A stretch of DNA of 64,000 bases from Cyanidioschyzon merolae (Eukaryota), in the NCBI GenBank assembly GCA_000091205.1, contig AP006501.2. One strand, 5' to 3'. Position 1 is the stretch's first letter. Every line of letters begins with the position of its first letter. Shown in pieces: positions 22,365-33,195 of the stretch. The notes under the pieces are model-generated. The model ran no database searches and had not been told where the DNA came from. It saw only the letters and a program-made list of their open reading frames with translations. Position numbers and translations under genes: made by a program.

Positions 22365-23303
22365 TTAAAGGCTTTGCTTGTGCTCGCCAGCCTGCAGATC
22401 CTGCCACCAGCGTGTAGCCAGTTCCGCTAGATCACCAACCATGACCGTACCGCAGCCTCCCCAGAGCAGGCGATCGAGCACACCGTCCGTCACGCGCCGT
22501 CCACGCTGGAACCCTAAACGCTCAAAATATCGAACAAGTTTCTGGTGACGATGGAAGCCGTCGTCTATAGCCAAGAAGTAGCAGTGCGGTGCGCCCTTTC
22601 GCAACGCCTCACAAGCTGCAGCTACAGCCAGCAACTTCGATGTGACTCGCGGTGTGTTCGTCGGGCGCTCGCTCACAAGCTCAATGCGCTCTACCTGCGT
22701 CCGACGAAGCAGGGGCGCCAGACAGAGTGCGCTGACGTAGCCCGCGAGTACCCAGTTCTCGCAGTCTGGGGCAACGTCAGTGCGCCGACGCTGCGCTGGA
22801 GCAGTTGCTGCCGTCGTCGCTGCAGTGACTTGGCCCCGGGTCGACTGCGAGGAACGTCCAGCACGCTCTGTGCTAGCAGCGACCCTGACATATGCCTCGA
22901 TGCGAAGCAATGGCCCCAGACTGCGGTTCAGCAGCCGAACCCCTCGCTGAAGCGCGTGTGCAGTAACGGTACTCAAGGTCAGCGGGGTAGCGGGGTCGCC
23001 ACCCCGACCAGTTGCATAGACCGCTGCGCAACGACTTGGGCGCGAGAAGCGTTTCGGTGGGGAGCTTCCGGTGTGTTCACGAGGAAACGACCACGCACGG
23101 CAAGCGCAGGGCACAAAGTTCATAACCAACGGGAGCTTCAAGTTACCCAACGCCAATGGCTTGGTGTCTTTGGGTCTTTCACCCGTCTCCGCGTTGCAGA
23201 GCCCGTTCTGCTTTGGCTTGCGCCTGGCGCCCGCCAAAGCGGTGCCGTCTACCGCCGTGTCGCCCCGAGACCCTCGAAGCGTGCTCCGAACCGCCAGAGT
23301 CAC
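22365..23303 (-). CDS. Hypothetical protein with a possible GNAT-acetyltransferase-like C-terminal segment (tentative)
   Basis: The 312-aa ORF has a C-terminal stretch RVTSKLLAVAAACEALRKGAPHCYFLAIDDGFHRHQKLVRYFERLGFQ. This loosely fits GNAT motifs A and B (R..G.G..L..........L.V...N..A...Y...GF). The N-terminal 200 aa are low-complexity. The call is weak. Confidence 0.3.
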   Translation of the reverse strand: MTLAVRSTLRGSRGDTAVDGTALAGARRKPKQNGLCNAETGERPKDTKPLALGNLKLPLVMNFVPCACRAWSFPREHTGSSPPKRFSRPSRCAAVYATGRGGDPATPLTLSTVTAHALQRGVRLLNRSLGPLLRIEAYVRVAASTERAGRSSQSTRGQVTAATTAATAPAQRRRTDVAPDCENWVLAGYVSALCLAPLLRRTQVERIELVSERPTNTPRVTSKLLAVAAACEALRKGAPHCYFLAIDDGFHRHQKLVRYFERLGFQRGRRVTDGVLDRLLWGGCGTVMVGDLAELATRWWQDLQAGEHKQSL

Positions 23304-23419
23304 CAGGACCGAGGGAGCAGGGTCAAACGCGAACGAGTGCTGACCTGCCGCTGTCTAACGAGAGCTCTCCAACGGGCGAAGCGGAAGCTTCGGATGGCAA
23401 CGGACACGAGCTCTCGTTT

Positions 23420-23797
23420 ATGCGGAGCACGGGAGTAGACGACCTTGACGCTCGTTTGATTGCCGAAGACCCGTCATTTGCTGAGCTTGAGAAAGCAGCA
23501 CGGGCCTGGATTGGCGATTCACTCGATCGGTGGCTGTGGTGGGAACGCCAAAAGGCCCGGCGATATCGTTTGCTTCAGCAGATAAAGCAGCAGGAAGAAC
23601 TTGTGGCCGTAGAGTTGGCGGAGCTGGAGCAATCACTGGGTGAACTGCAGTCTCTAACTGGTCTGCGCTTTCTCAGCGAAGACGGGAAGATATCAGGCCT
23701 GGGCTGGGTATTAATCGCGATGATTCTCCTGATTCCATGTGGGTTGATCTTCGTTTCGATTCACTTGGTTCAGCAGGCTTTATCAAATCAGGTGTAA
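23420..23797 (+). CDS. Hypothetical small coiled-coil protein with a C-terminal transmembrane anchor (tail-anchored topology)
   Basis: An internal Met begins MRSTGVDDLDARLIAEDPSFAELEKAARAW. A helical stretch with heptad-like QQIKQQEELVAVELAELEQSLGELQSL follows. The sequence ends with the hydrophobic GLGWVLIAMILLIPCGLIFVSIHLV. The start lies 117 bp from the start of the minus-strand ORF 22365-23303, making a divergent pair. Confidence 0.3.
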   Translation: MRSTGVDDLDARLIAEDPSFAELEKAARAWIGDSLDRWLWWERQKARRYRLLQQIKQQEELVAVELAELEQSLGELQSLTGLRFLSEDGKISGLGWVLIAMILLIPCGLIFVSIHLVQQALSNQV

Positions 23798-23812
23798 TCG
23801 ATGCGCCATTCA

Positions 23813-23833
23813 AACACACACACACACACACAC
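23813..23833. repeat. (CA)n dinucleotide microsatellite
   Basis: acacacacacacacacacacac read directly. Confidence 0.9.
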
Positions 23834-24397
23834 TATAACTCGAGCGATGTAGGGATGCATGGTTACTGACGCTTGGAGGGGGTGCGAGCATCAGCGCCCC
23901 GCTTGCACCGCTGCTCGACGCAAGCCCGTGAGGTTGTGAAGCGTCGCAACCGGCAAATAAGAGTGCAATCATGGGTTCGCTTTGGTCGCTTCGAGATCCT
24001 CAAAACAAATCCTTTCATTCCTTTCTGATCGGGTATAGCATACAGGTACAGGGACGCGACACCTCCAGACGCTGCGTCTTGGTGTAGGACTCTAAGCCGG
24101 AGGCCTGATACCGGCCCCCGGGGAAGTCGTCGATGCTAAGCACCGAGGCTCCGGAAAGCGAACTGTCCTCGCTCGCTTTTCGAAGCATGTTCGCAGCAGG
24201 AGCAGATTCCAGAACGTCTTCGTCGATCAAAGCGTTGCGAACGGACAACACAGTGCCTTGAGCCCGCCTCAACGCTATCGGCAAAACTGCGCGACATTCG
24301 ACAATGCTTCAGACTCGGAACATCCGGGGCACGTTATTCGCTCGCTGCCATAGCGTACGCAAGAACATCCAGCCTGGGGGATTACTGCAGGCCTACA

Positions 24398-25162
24398 TCA
24401 CGGGCTCAACGCAAGCTCAAGTGGTTCCAGCTCGGTGTCGTCAGGAACTTCCCATCGGATATCCTTGATCCAGACGCGTGTGTACGGTTGACGGTGACCA
24501 AGCAAGCGTTCGTGGCCCTTTCGGCGTTTCTTTTGATAGATGTAGATCTTTTGGGAAAGCGACTGCTCTTCGATGACAGCGATGACTTCGGCACCGGGCA
24601 CCTGTGGCCGCCCCAGCACCGACCAATCGACGGACCCGAGGGCCAGCACCGTCGAGAATCGAACCTCCTCAGAAACTTGACCGCGTATGCGAGCCAAATA
24701 CACAATATCTCCAACTGTGACCTTGTACTGCTTTGGTCCATGAGCTATAACTGCGAAGCAGCCTTCACCTCGCCCATCAATGAGCGGATCGCGCTTCGCA
24801 GGAGTGCTCGTTGAAGCAGTTGCCCCAGGGGGGTGTCGGGCGAAAATCGCTGGCAGCGCGTTTTCGTTCATCCCAGCCACTTGTCGTTTAATTGTATAAT
24901 AGGAGAAGCCTAGCGGCTTGGTCAGTTCGTTATACAGTATGCTTTTTCGGGGAGCTTGCGCGTCTCCCGAAACCGTGTCGGGTGCTTTCATCGCTAGCGC
25001 ACGCGAAGCGCTCGCGATGCTAGCGCGCTGCAGTGGCGACGCGCGCCTCAAAACATGAATCACTCGTTCCAGCACTCTCATGATATTAACATTGTCCAAG
25101 AACTGAACAGGTGCTTGTTGTACACGTCTGAACTGCTGTTTCTTTAAGGCAGTTTCTGACAC
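24398..25162 (-). CDS. Organellar (mitochondrial-type) ribosomal protein bL21 with an N-terminal extension
   Basis: The C-terminal 110 aa carry the bL21 signature: KQYKVTVGDIVYLARIRGQVSEEVRFSTVLALGSVDWSVLGRPQVPGAEVIAVIEEQSLSQKIYIYQKKRRKGHERLLGHRQPYTRVWIKDI. The N-terminal 140 aa are non-homologous and presequence-like. Confidence 0.8.
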   Translation of the reverse strand: MSETALKKQQFRRVQQAPVQFLDNVNIMRVLERVIHVLRRASPLQRASIASASRALAMKAPDTVSGDAQAPRKSILYNELTKPLGFSYYTIKRQVAGMNENALPAIFARHPPGATASTSTPAKRDPLIDGRGEGCFAVIAHGPKQYKVTVGDIVYLARIRGQVSEEVRFSTVLALGSVDWSVLGRPQVPGAEVIAVIEEQSLSQKIYIYQKKRRKGHERLLGHRQPYTRVWIKDIRWEVPDDTELEPLELALSP

Positions 25163-25451
25163 CAGCAGCGGTGAAAACAGCTTGCGGCGACGAACTGGAA
25201 CTCCACAGCGTCGCGTTCGGGGATGTTGAACGAGGGTGCCGCGGCCGCTCGCTACGAGCGCACTCTGGAGTGTTTTGGGTTGTTGGCGTTTCGGAGGCTT
25301 TCAGCTTGCTTGCAGACTTTTTTCATGGAATAAGTGGTTGTAAACCGTACGAAGAGGGTTACATACATACGCTTGAAACTTTTAGCTTCAAAGTTCTGGC
25401 TCCCGATATGCTTCGCAAACCATAAAAGAGGGAGGCGCTTGAAGTAAGGTT
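25163..25451. promoter_or_regulatory. Putative bidirectional promoter region between the divergent bL21 (minus) and WLM (plus) genes
   Basis: This is inference only: a 289-bp interval sits between two divergently oriented start codons. No specific motif was verified. Confidence 0.25.
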
Positions 25452-26513
25452 TTGTCGGAAACGTCCTCGCTTGGCGCGACTGGGCACGTGCGCGCCATGT
25501 TCGCCGACATCCGAATCCTTCAGCGAGAACCTGATAGCCATGTGGCATTCGAACTGCTATTTAGGGCGGCAGAGGCCGTCCAAGAGCTGATGCAACGAAG
25601 AAAGTGGGTAGTCGGTGTGCTGCGCGAGTTCCTGCCGCGAGGCTCGCAACTGCTCGGGCTCAATATCAACGGTGGGCGCGTGATCTGTATCCGGTTGCGT
25701 AAGCACCGTTCAGGCGGGTGTCGGCGTCAGTCTCGGGCGGCGAGAACTGATCACCAGCGCGAGGAGCGCTCTCTAACTGGAGCTCCACAACGAGTGCGAG
25801 GCCTTTCAGACATACCGGGTACGTCGGCATCGAATTTCTTCGCATATGAGGAAATCCTGGGCACGTTACTCCATGAACTTGTACATATTGAAATCAGTGC
25901 CCATAATCGGGCGTTTTATGCGTTATTGGAGACGCTTTGGGAGGAGGTTCGCTGGAGCGCTCGCTCCGGACTATACGGTCCTGTTCATCGTTTATCACCG
26001 CGCGGCTGTGGTGATGGATCATGCGGTTCACGACCCGTCCTTGCTTCTGCACCAGCGACACCGGGAACGATTGCTCTCTTGGATTGTCATCCAGAACAGC
26101 GGCGGAATCTTCTTTTGAAGGCAGTGCTGCGTCGCCTTGAACAACAAAGACCGGATCCTCATGACGCAACACGGTATTCGGACGAATCGCAGGGGGCGTT
26201 GGCGCTCGTCAACTGGAATCGACCACCAGTGATCCAGGTAGCGGAGAACGATCCATCTGGTTTGGAGGAACGCGTTGTCGCGTTGGAATCAGAAGAGCGT
26301 ACCAGGTTTTCGGAGTCAGCGACTTGTTTGGAGCAGGGAGATACCTGCCAAGTGATCCAAGTGGTTGATCTCACGGTTGAAGATGCGGATGACACGCTCG
26401 AATGCATCGATCTTTGTGCAACGGATGATGAGGAAAATGACGAAAGAACAGCACGAGCAGCAGCAGCAGCAGCAGATGATGATGATGATGATGATGATCA
26501 TGATCGAGCGTAG
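25452..26513 (+). CDS. WLM-domain (Wss1-like) zinc metalloprotease
   Basis: The N-terminus contains IRILQREPDSHVAFELLFRAAEAVQELMQRRKWVVGVLREFLPRGSQLLGLNINGGRVICIRLR, the WLM hallmark (LLGLN.N.G..I.LRLR). The HExxH site HELVHIEISAHNRAFYALLETL follows. The C-terminus is acidic with poly-Asp encoded by (GAT)7 at 26476-26496, preceded by (CAG)6. Confidence 0.65.
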   Translation: MSETSSLGATGHVRAMFADIRILQREPDSHVAFELLFRAAEAVQELMQRRKWVVGVLREFLPRGSQLLGLNINGGRVICIRLRKHRSGGCRRQSRAARTDHQREERSLTGAPQRVRGLSDIPGTSASNFFAYEEILGTLLHELVHIEISAHNRAFYALLETLWEEVRWSARSGLYGPVHRLSPRGCGDGSCGSRPVLASAPATPGTIALLDCHPEQRRNLLLKAVLRRLEQQRPDPHDATRYSDESQGALALVNWNRPPVIQVAENDPSGLEERVVALESEERTRFSESATCLEQGDTCQVIQVVDLTVEDADDTLECIDLCATDDEENDERTARAAAAAADDDDDDDDHDRA

Positions 26514-28883
26514 CGTCTTGATGTGCTGATCCGAATGATGACCCGCAGCCTCGTTTGATAGATGATGAGCATAGGACTTGCATGCTTTTATGGATCTTTC
26601 GCGAGAGCATACATCGATAGATGCTACCGAGAGGAGTTGGGCACTAGTCCCCCATGACGTCTGACAGTTTTGTTCATTGTCTGCGGCCTACCGTATGCTT
26701 TGTCGCTGCTGCCGGTCCAGAAGTAGCGTCGGCGGCACAGCAGGGCCGTCCACGCCTATCCATCGATCGCACGCCATGACGGAGTCGAAAGCTTCATCGC
26801 GAATGTACGGATCTGCGTCCTTTTAACTAGTCATGATCAGTTTCCGAACCTAGGGGCCAACAGTCGGCGTGCGCCAGCAATGCCTCTCGAAGCCGTCCGA
26901 AGACAGCCGGCAGGCCGCTGCACAAGTCGCAGCCCAGCTGCACCAATCCAGTAACCGCAATGCTGCGTCCACCCTACCATTATAACATAACATGATACAG
27001 AATCTGGCGAAAAAAGATCAATTTTCACCAAGTCGGATGTTGCGGTAACGTGCATTCGAGTACCTGCACCCTTGCCACTACATGAACAGAGTCCGCATGG
27101 CCACCCGACTGCCTCAGACATGCGCAGGATGCAAGACACCGCAAGTCGACACGCGTCAAGCCATGGCAAAGCGATTCCGTCTCTACAAGGCAACGAGGGA
27201 GCTGCTGATGCCTCCAGCATCGATGCTTGCGTCGACGGTATGCTCAACGTATCGAGAACATACATTGCGGGCTGAATGTAACCGCTTTCCCGGTCGGCAC
27301 GTCAGATTCGACTTGCAACAACGCGGTTGCCTTCTGCGAGAAGCTGATAGCTCAGTCCTGCTCATGTGTAGCGCTCACATATCAGAAGAATCCCCACTCG
27401 ATGCATCGATCTGATACCATTCAAAGATCGTCACCCGAACGCAACAGCGTCACCGGATCCCTCAACAGCGTACTCGTTATCGCTTCGCGAACGCTACAAG
27501 CGTGCGTTATGCCATGCTCCAGCTGCAGCGCTTACACATCCAACTCAGTCGGGGGCGCCTCGGTCCTGCGCTGCTGCCGGTTTCGAATAGCTGGCAGCCG
27601 CTCCGGAGCGCCCTGCCCTCAGCGTCTACTCTGAAGCACCCCCCAGAAGAATCATGGTTGCTTCGTCCTCTGCAACGGTCGATCGACGCATACTTTTGGT
27701 GACTGATCGCGCGAGCCCTACGTTTCGATACAAAAACTGAGGCTGTTTCACAGCGGGTGCTTTGAGCCGCTGTTTCACCGGCCGAGTGTCGCCTTCCCTC
27801 GTAACCGCTGGAACTGGCTTTGTACTTCCGGCCGATTGGGCCTGTATAGAAGAAGCAGCTTGTACTGCTTTTCTGGCGGCGTGGCGAAAGTGAATCAACG
27901 GTGACACCATCGCCTGCTTGTTCGAAAACGGAACGTTCGTGCCGATGCTACCACAGATCCTGACCTTCGCCGCAAAAAACAGTTCTATTCCAGGCGACGT
28001 ATCCTGCGAAGCAAGCACCTTCGAGCTGAGTTTCCGCAGATCGCTACGGATTCACAACAAAGAACATAGAAAATGACCCCAAACGATCTATATGATGCCC
28101 AGCACCTGGTGTTTCCAGTCGTAGTGCCCGCTCAGAGACGTTGCGTCAAACGCAACCGCGTTGACTTTTTTGCATATAGCGCCGCAGCATCCGAATGCTA
28201 CCCGAAGGTCGACTGGGCGCCGGTTCTGCTTCTCGCGTATCATGCCGCATCGCGACGCTCGATACAGGGCAAGGGTAGAGGACGTTGTTTGTTTTCTGAA
28301 TGAGAAAGCTCTGAGCTCACCAACAGGTACGGGTGTGTAGGCGACGCGGGCAAACGTCGTGCTCTTGCACGAGGCGTGCACCCGCTAGGGCAAGCCGTAT
28401 ACCTGGGGCGTCACCCGTTTCACAGGGTCAGATGCTCGTGAGCGCACCAGGTGAACCGGTAGCGTCTTGATTTTCGTCGTCTCAGTTGTTGATAGCGCAC
28501 GATTTATACCTATGGGGTCTTGAGGTGCATATGGGTGAGGTAGTCCTCGAGCTTGCCGGCAACGCACCATCCCTAACGTCCGCTGGAAAACTTCAATCAA
28601 AAACGTCGGGCGAGAACAACTGCAACAGTTTCCGTGGGGCGCATCTGTTACAGAGCAACGAAGAGGAAGCGATATCACGCTTGAGCTCAGCTAAACCAAA
28701 TATCGTCCGCTTCTACCGGACACTGATGCTGTCTGGAGCAGGCACCCCGCTGCAGAGAACGGAACCTGCGTACGATACCACGCCCCGGTGGCACGCTCCG
28801 AGATATTCCATTCCCAAGCGGGGGAGCGGCTTTCAACGGGGCTCGGAGCGTAAACCGCGTTCCACTATACCGTGCTACGCGCA

Positions 28884-29885
28884 TCAGGGACCCGACATTG
28901 TCTGTGTATGTGCTGCCTCGCTAATCAGCGGGATACGATCGGGAACCTGTCCCCGTCCACATGACTGGATCACATAGAGGATGCAACCGAGCATTCCATA
29001 AAAGACGGAAGCTTGTAGCACCTGAATCGCCACAGCTGACACTGGAAGAGCGTTGCTTAATCCCTGGAAAAGCTGTGGTAAAATCAAGGCAATATCCAGC
29101 GTCAGTGCCTGCATCGTGTTGAATCGTACAAAGTAGCTGACGCGGGGGTTTCGCACCACGAGCACGAGCATGAGTACGAAAATGATCAGAGGCAGGAAAG
29201 GAATGCCGCGGTAGATGCTCAGCAGAGGCCACAATGGTTGCAAGACGAACATAGAGAAAATTGGGAATCGCTCAAACACGTACTTTCCGTATACCAATGA
29301 GTCCAGCAGCGGCACCAGATACGGCAAGATACCGAGGAGCCGCTCAGACCAGGGTATCGGCGAGGCAGGCGGTCGTCTGCGTTTGCGCACAAAACGCTCC
29401 ACTGGGTGCTCGTCTGGGTCGTCAAACTGCTGTTTCAGGGATAAAGCTCCCTTAAACTGGCTGCGCTTACCTCGCATCAGCGGGCTCGAGCGGGAAGCAC
29501 TTGTCTGGTGGCGGTGCGTGTTCCAGCTCCTGCAAACGCTCGCCTGGCTCCGCGACGCGCCCTTGACGACGATGCCCGAACCCCCAGCAACAAGAGAACG
29601 CTTCATAGCGCACCATACGGGATTTGCGATGAAGAAAATAGGTGTCGTGAGTCTTAGCAAGGGTGTAGTCCTGTTCAATCTCGGGTTCGTGACGCTGAAT
29701 ACCCGCCTTGCTTGCATCAACATCGGGGGTGTCGCGTTCAACCGAACCTTCGCTGGTGTGAACGGCGGTTCCGTCATGGTTAACCAGGCGGTTGCGTGCG
29801 TACACGTTGGTGTTGTCTTGATCAACCTCGGGGTACTTGTCACCAATGTTGGCTTCATTCTCGTCAACATGGGCGTCGCCGTCAT
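28884..29885 (-). CDS. TIC20: Tic20-family protein (plastid inner-envelope translocon component) with a repetitive N-terminal presequence
   Basis: The C-terminal 180 aa read LGILPYLVPLLDSLVYGKYVFERFPIFSMFVLQPLWPLLSIYRGIPFLPLIIFVLMLVLVVRNPRVSYFVRFNTMQALTLDIALILPQLF. This matches the Tic20 pattern (Y..PL.D.L.YG....P....PL...Y...PF...I.F.....VVRN...S.FVRFN.MQA..LDI.L..P.L). The N-terminal 90 aa are Thr/Pro/Arg/Leu-rich decapeptide repeats. Confidence 0.8.
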   Translation of the reverse strand: MTATPMLTRMKPTLVTSTPRLIKTTPTCTHATAWLTMTEPPFTPAKVRLNATPPMLMQARRVFSVTNPRLNRTTPLLRLTTPIFFIANPVWCAMKRSLVAGGSGIVVKGASRSQASVCRSWNTHRHQTSASRSSPLMRGKRSQFKGALSLKQQFDDPDEHPVERFVRKRRRPPASPIPWSERLLGILPYLVPLLDSLVYGKYVFERFPIFSMFVLQPLWPLLSIYRGIPFLPLIIFVLMLVLVVRNPRVSYFVRFNTMQALTLDIALILPQLFQGLSNALPVSAVAIQVLQASVFYGMLGCILYVIQSCGRGQVPDRIPLISEAAHTQTMSGP

Positions 29886-31836
29886 GAACGCGGGCTTTGT
29901 GCTCTGGAACCCGGGTGTTGTCGTTGCGACTGCCAGCTTTATTCACGCCAATATCGGAGCTGCTGCGAAGCGTGTTTCTTTTTCCAAGCTTCGCAAGGAG
30001 CTTGGCCCTGCGTTTCCCAAAACGTCGCTAGCGTAATGGCCAAGCGTCACTGTGTTCGAACGCAACGCGAGACAGTCTGGCCTACGACGCTGTGAACTGC
30101 GACCTTACGGTGCCGTTGCGTCGCTTGTGAAGTGAGCAGCGCGTCCGCACGAGCAGCACTGGGGTAGTTGCAAGAGGCTAGCAAGTTTTATGGATAACGT
30201 GCGTAAACTGGGAGTTTTATTCGTTTGATTCAACCAGGTCTTGCTGTTGCATTTTGGTTTGGACGCACGTTGCATCCTTTCCGCTGGTAGCGGTTCGTTC
30301 GAGGTGTTGCTGCCGTTTACAACGTCGTGTTCGACGTTTTAGACAGTTTTCGAGGGCGTCTGCTTCCAGAGACTCTTTTTGACGCACACTGGAGGTTTCC
30401 GAAAGCAACAGCGAGAGCTGTTGGATACGGGTCAGGAAACTCTCTAGGACGCGTTTGGTCGAGGTACGCCTGCTCTAGGTTCGTGGAGGCGGACCTACTG
30501 TTCTGGCTTTGCGCAAGGCCAAATCTCGCTTGTTCCGGGCAGTGTTCAGTGTGCCGCAGTGCCTGGAAGTAGGTTTTGTGCCCGAAACCTCTCTCAAAAC
30601 AGTTACGCTTCTTTCGGACTTGTCGCGAGCATGCAACGTTGCGCGCGTGCACGAAAGGGAACCAGCGGTTAGGGGGCGCTCTAGTCGAGACTCGAATGCG
30701 TCCGCGAACGCCATACTGGCCCTGGGCGCTGCTCGATACGCTGTGGTTAGGGTTTGCTTCTTGGGACCTCAAGCGCGAGTCACGGTTCACCGCTGTGGCG
30801 TCAGCGCTTGCGTACTGGATGCTACCGCAACAACGCATGCTTGCTCGAGCGTGGATCTGGTCACTGACTTTCGAGGCAGGCATACAGCTGGCGCTGGTTC
30901 TTCTGCTTCCGAAAGGATACGCATACCCGCAGCCTGTGGAGGTAGCGCATGAGCTGCGGTTCGGGGTCGACGCCTGTAATCTTCTACAGCCATGGCGTTT
31001 CGCACTCGCGAGCCTCTTAGCGCTGCTTGTTTGGACGCGGTCGATGGCTCTTTGGACGACTCGGAGCGCGTGTCAAGGTTAGACTCTGAGCTCAGGCGAT
31101 TGCATTCGCTCCATTTCAGATGCATTGCACTGGCATCGGACTCGGGGTTGAAGAGCAATCTACATGGGTCAAGGATGCATGTCCGCAGATGCGTCTGCTG
31201 ACATGCACCGAATGTTGTCTGGGCTTACTCCGCAGTGGATGTTTCCCGAAACAGAACACCAGCGGGATGTTCAAGACGATACAGACTAGTTTGAATCACG
31301 TGTACACATCCGATTCTACGGGTGTGAATGAGTATTCCCCAAAGACCGCGGCGAGCAGCGGCAACTTTACCAGAGCCTTCCTGCTACTGTCGTCTTGGAC
31401 GCTCGCCTGCATCTTGCAGCGCATTGACGGAAGCCATGGGCTCGGTCCCGGGACATTTTCGAATCACCCAGTTTCCGAACTTGCGTCATCTGACCTCAAC
31501 GACAACGAAAAAGCTAAACACTGCGCGAGAAGCTTTATGCTATAATTGGGTACCGCGATCATCCGTGCGTACCGGCCTGTGCGTCGCTTCATTCCCGCAC
31601 GAACAAAAGCGCGCACACCTGCCCCCACGGTGCAAGGAGATTCGTCATACTCCAATCATGCCGACCGCATGGCTACGTATCGACGTCGGCTCCCGTACGG
31701 TGCCCTGCAGCAATGCGGAGCCCTGCGACAAACGCGCACCGCCGTGAACATCAGCCCTAACACAGGTCGCAGAGCGCTACCCGCAACGGCGAAGCGGTGG
31801 CATCTCGAACCGAGTGCCCAGGGCACTGCTGTTTTC

Positions 31837-33195
31837 TCAGAGCTCCTCCACGTGCGTCTTATCCGCATAGTACCTCGCTTCCTGTGTGCCCTTCCGCTGC
31901 TGGCGCTCTAGATACCGTTCTCGATTGCGAACGATCCGCTCGATGATCTTCGGAACACTCAAGTCACTCGATGAGGGAATCTCTCGAAAGATACCGAGAC
32001 GTTTCGGCACCTCGTATGGATCATCGTCACCGTCTCGAATATTCAGCTCATCATAGTGCGTGCCGTGTATCACTAGCGAAATATTCATTGTTTTGATCAT
32101 GTCCTCGGTTACTTTCCAGGGCGCACCAATGATCACCTCGTCGACGTACCGGATACTGAGCACCATCAGCGTGCGCTCATGAAGGTTCAGAATCGGATAG
32201 TTGCGTCCTCGATGCTGATTCACCGCGTGATCATCATGAATACCGACTAGGAGGAAATCGCCAAGCTCACGGCACTGTTTCAGGAAGCGAATGTGCGCCA
32301 CGGTGAGCATATCCCATGCCCCGTCGGCGTAGATGACTCGATCCCCGGGCCGTGGCTTGCTCCCCGAGCTGAACTGCATCAAACGACGAGAAGTCGGGAG
32401 AAAGCACGACGCCCTTGGTTGCTGATATCCTTGTTCGGGTTGCTGTGATTGTTCGCTCTTCGCTGTTGGCCCATTTGTCAGCATTGGGCGCTCTTCTGCT
32501 GGCGATTGGGCATCCTCTGGTCCGTCAAGTTCAGCAGACTGACTTCGCGACGGCGGTAAATGATGCGAAGTCGTACAGAGGAGCATCCTACCCACGATAT
32601 CCGTCGAGGAGACGCCCTCAGTGCGGGCAATGGTTCGAAATTTCCCCGCCTGCTTGACGGCCTCGTAGACATCGCGACCCGACGCATCGAGGCACGGGTC
32701 GTCACCGTGCACCACATAGTCAATCTCGTAGTCACGCACAAGCGTTTCCAGGAACTCGGGCGTCACGTTATATGGAACACCACGGATGACGTGATCCACC
32801 CATTTGACGGCCTCCACGGTCTCGTAGCGCTCCTCCTCGGTCATGACTGGAGGACCCTTGTGTTTCGTGATCTCCTCATCGCTACAGACACCAACAATGA
32901 GTTCGTCCCCAAGGGAGGCTGCCTGGCGTATTGCGTTCGCATGCCCATAGTGCATCAAGTCAAAGCAACCGTCTAGATATATTCGCACTTTCTTCCGGGG
33001 CTCTGCGGGTGCTGAGGCGGTTAGTGCCGCCCCACCATCCTTCGATCGCGTCAATCGCCAACGAAAGTACGCTTTCAGGAAACCGTAAACAGCTCGAGTG
33101 GAGAGCGCCACGTCAAAAACCAGCAAAAGCCGTGAAAAAGCCGAGCGACCGGGGTTGTTATCCATCAACCCGGCAAGCAAGCGCGGTGGCGACAC
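31837..33195 (-). CDS. ECT: Ethanolamine-phosphate cytidylyltransferase (two tandem CTP-transferase domains)
   Basis: Two cytidylyltransferase folds each carry an HxGH motif: VRIYLDGCFDLMHYGHANAIRQA and VIYADGAWDMLTVAHIRFLKQC. The spacing and length (452 aa) match PCYT2/ECT. An N-terminal hydrophobic segment is present. Confidence 0.9.
   Translation of the reverse strand: MSPPRLLAGLMDNNPGRSAFSRLLLVFDVALSTRAVYGFLKAYFRWRLTRSKDGGAALTASAPAEPRKKVRIYLDGCFDLMHYGHANAIRQAASLGDELIVGVCSDEEITKHKGPPVMTEEERYETVEAVKWVDHVIRGVPYNVTPEFLETLVRDYEIDYVVHGDDPCLDASGRDVYEAVKQAGKFRTIARTEGVSSTDIVGRMLLCTTSHHLPPSRSQSAELDGPEDAQSPAEERPMLTNGPTAKSEQSQQPEQGYQQPRASCFLPTSRRLMQFSSGSKPRPGDRVIYADGAWDMLTVAHIRFLKQCRELGDFLLVGIHDDHAVNQHRGRNYPILNLHERTLMVLSIRYVDEVIIGAPWKVTEDMIKTMNISLVIHGTHYDELNIRDGDDDPYEVPKRLGIFREIPSSSDLSVPKIIERIVRNRERYLERQQRKGTQEARYYADKTHVEEL

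Noticed and set aside
29215-30036. 273-aa plus-strand ORF with a striking N.G.V..N 10-residue periodicity
   Set aside because: It is exactly antisense to the repeat-built N-terminus of the Tic20 gene. The periodicity is the mirror image of the 30-bp coding repeat. The Tic20 domain continues in frame on the minus strand, which fixes the minus strand as the coding strand.
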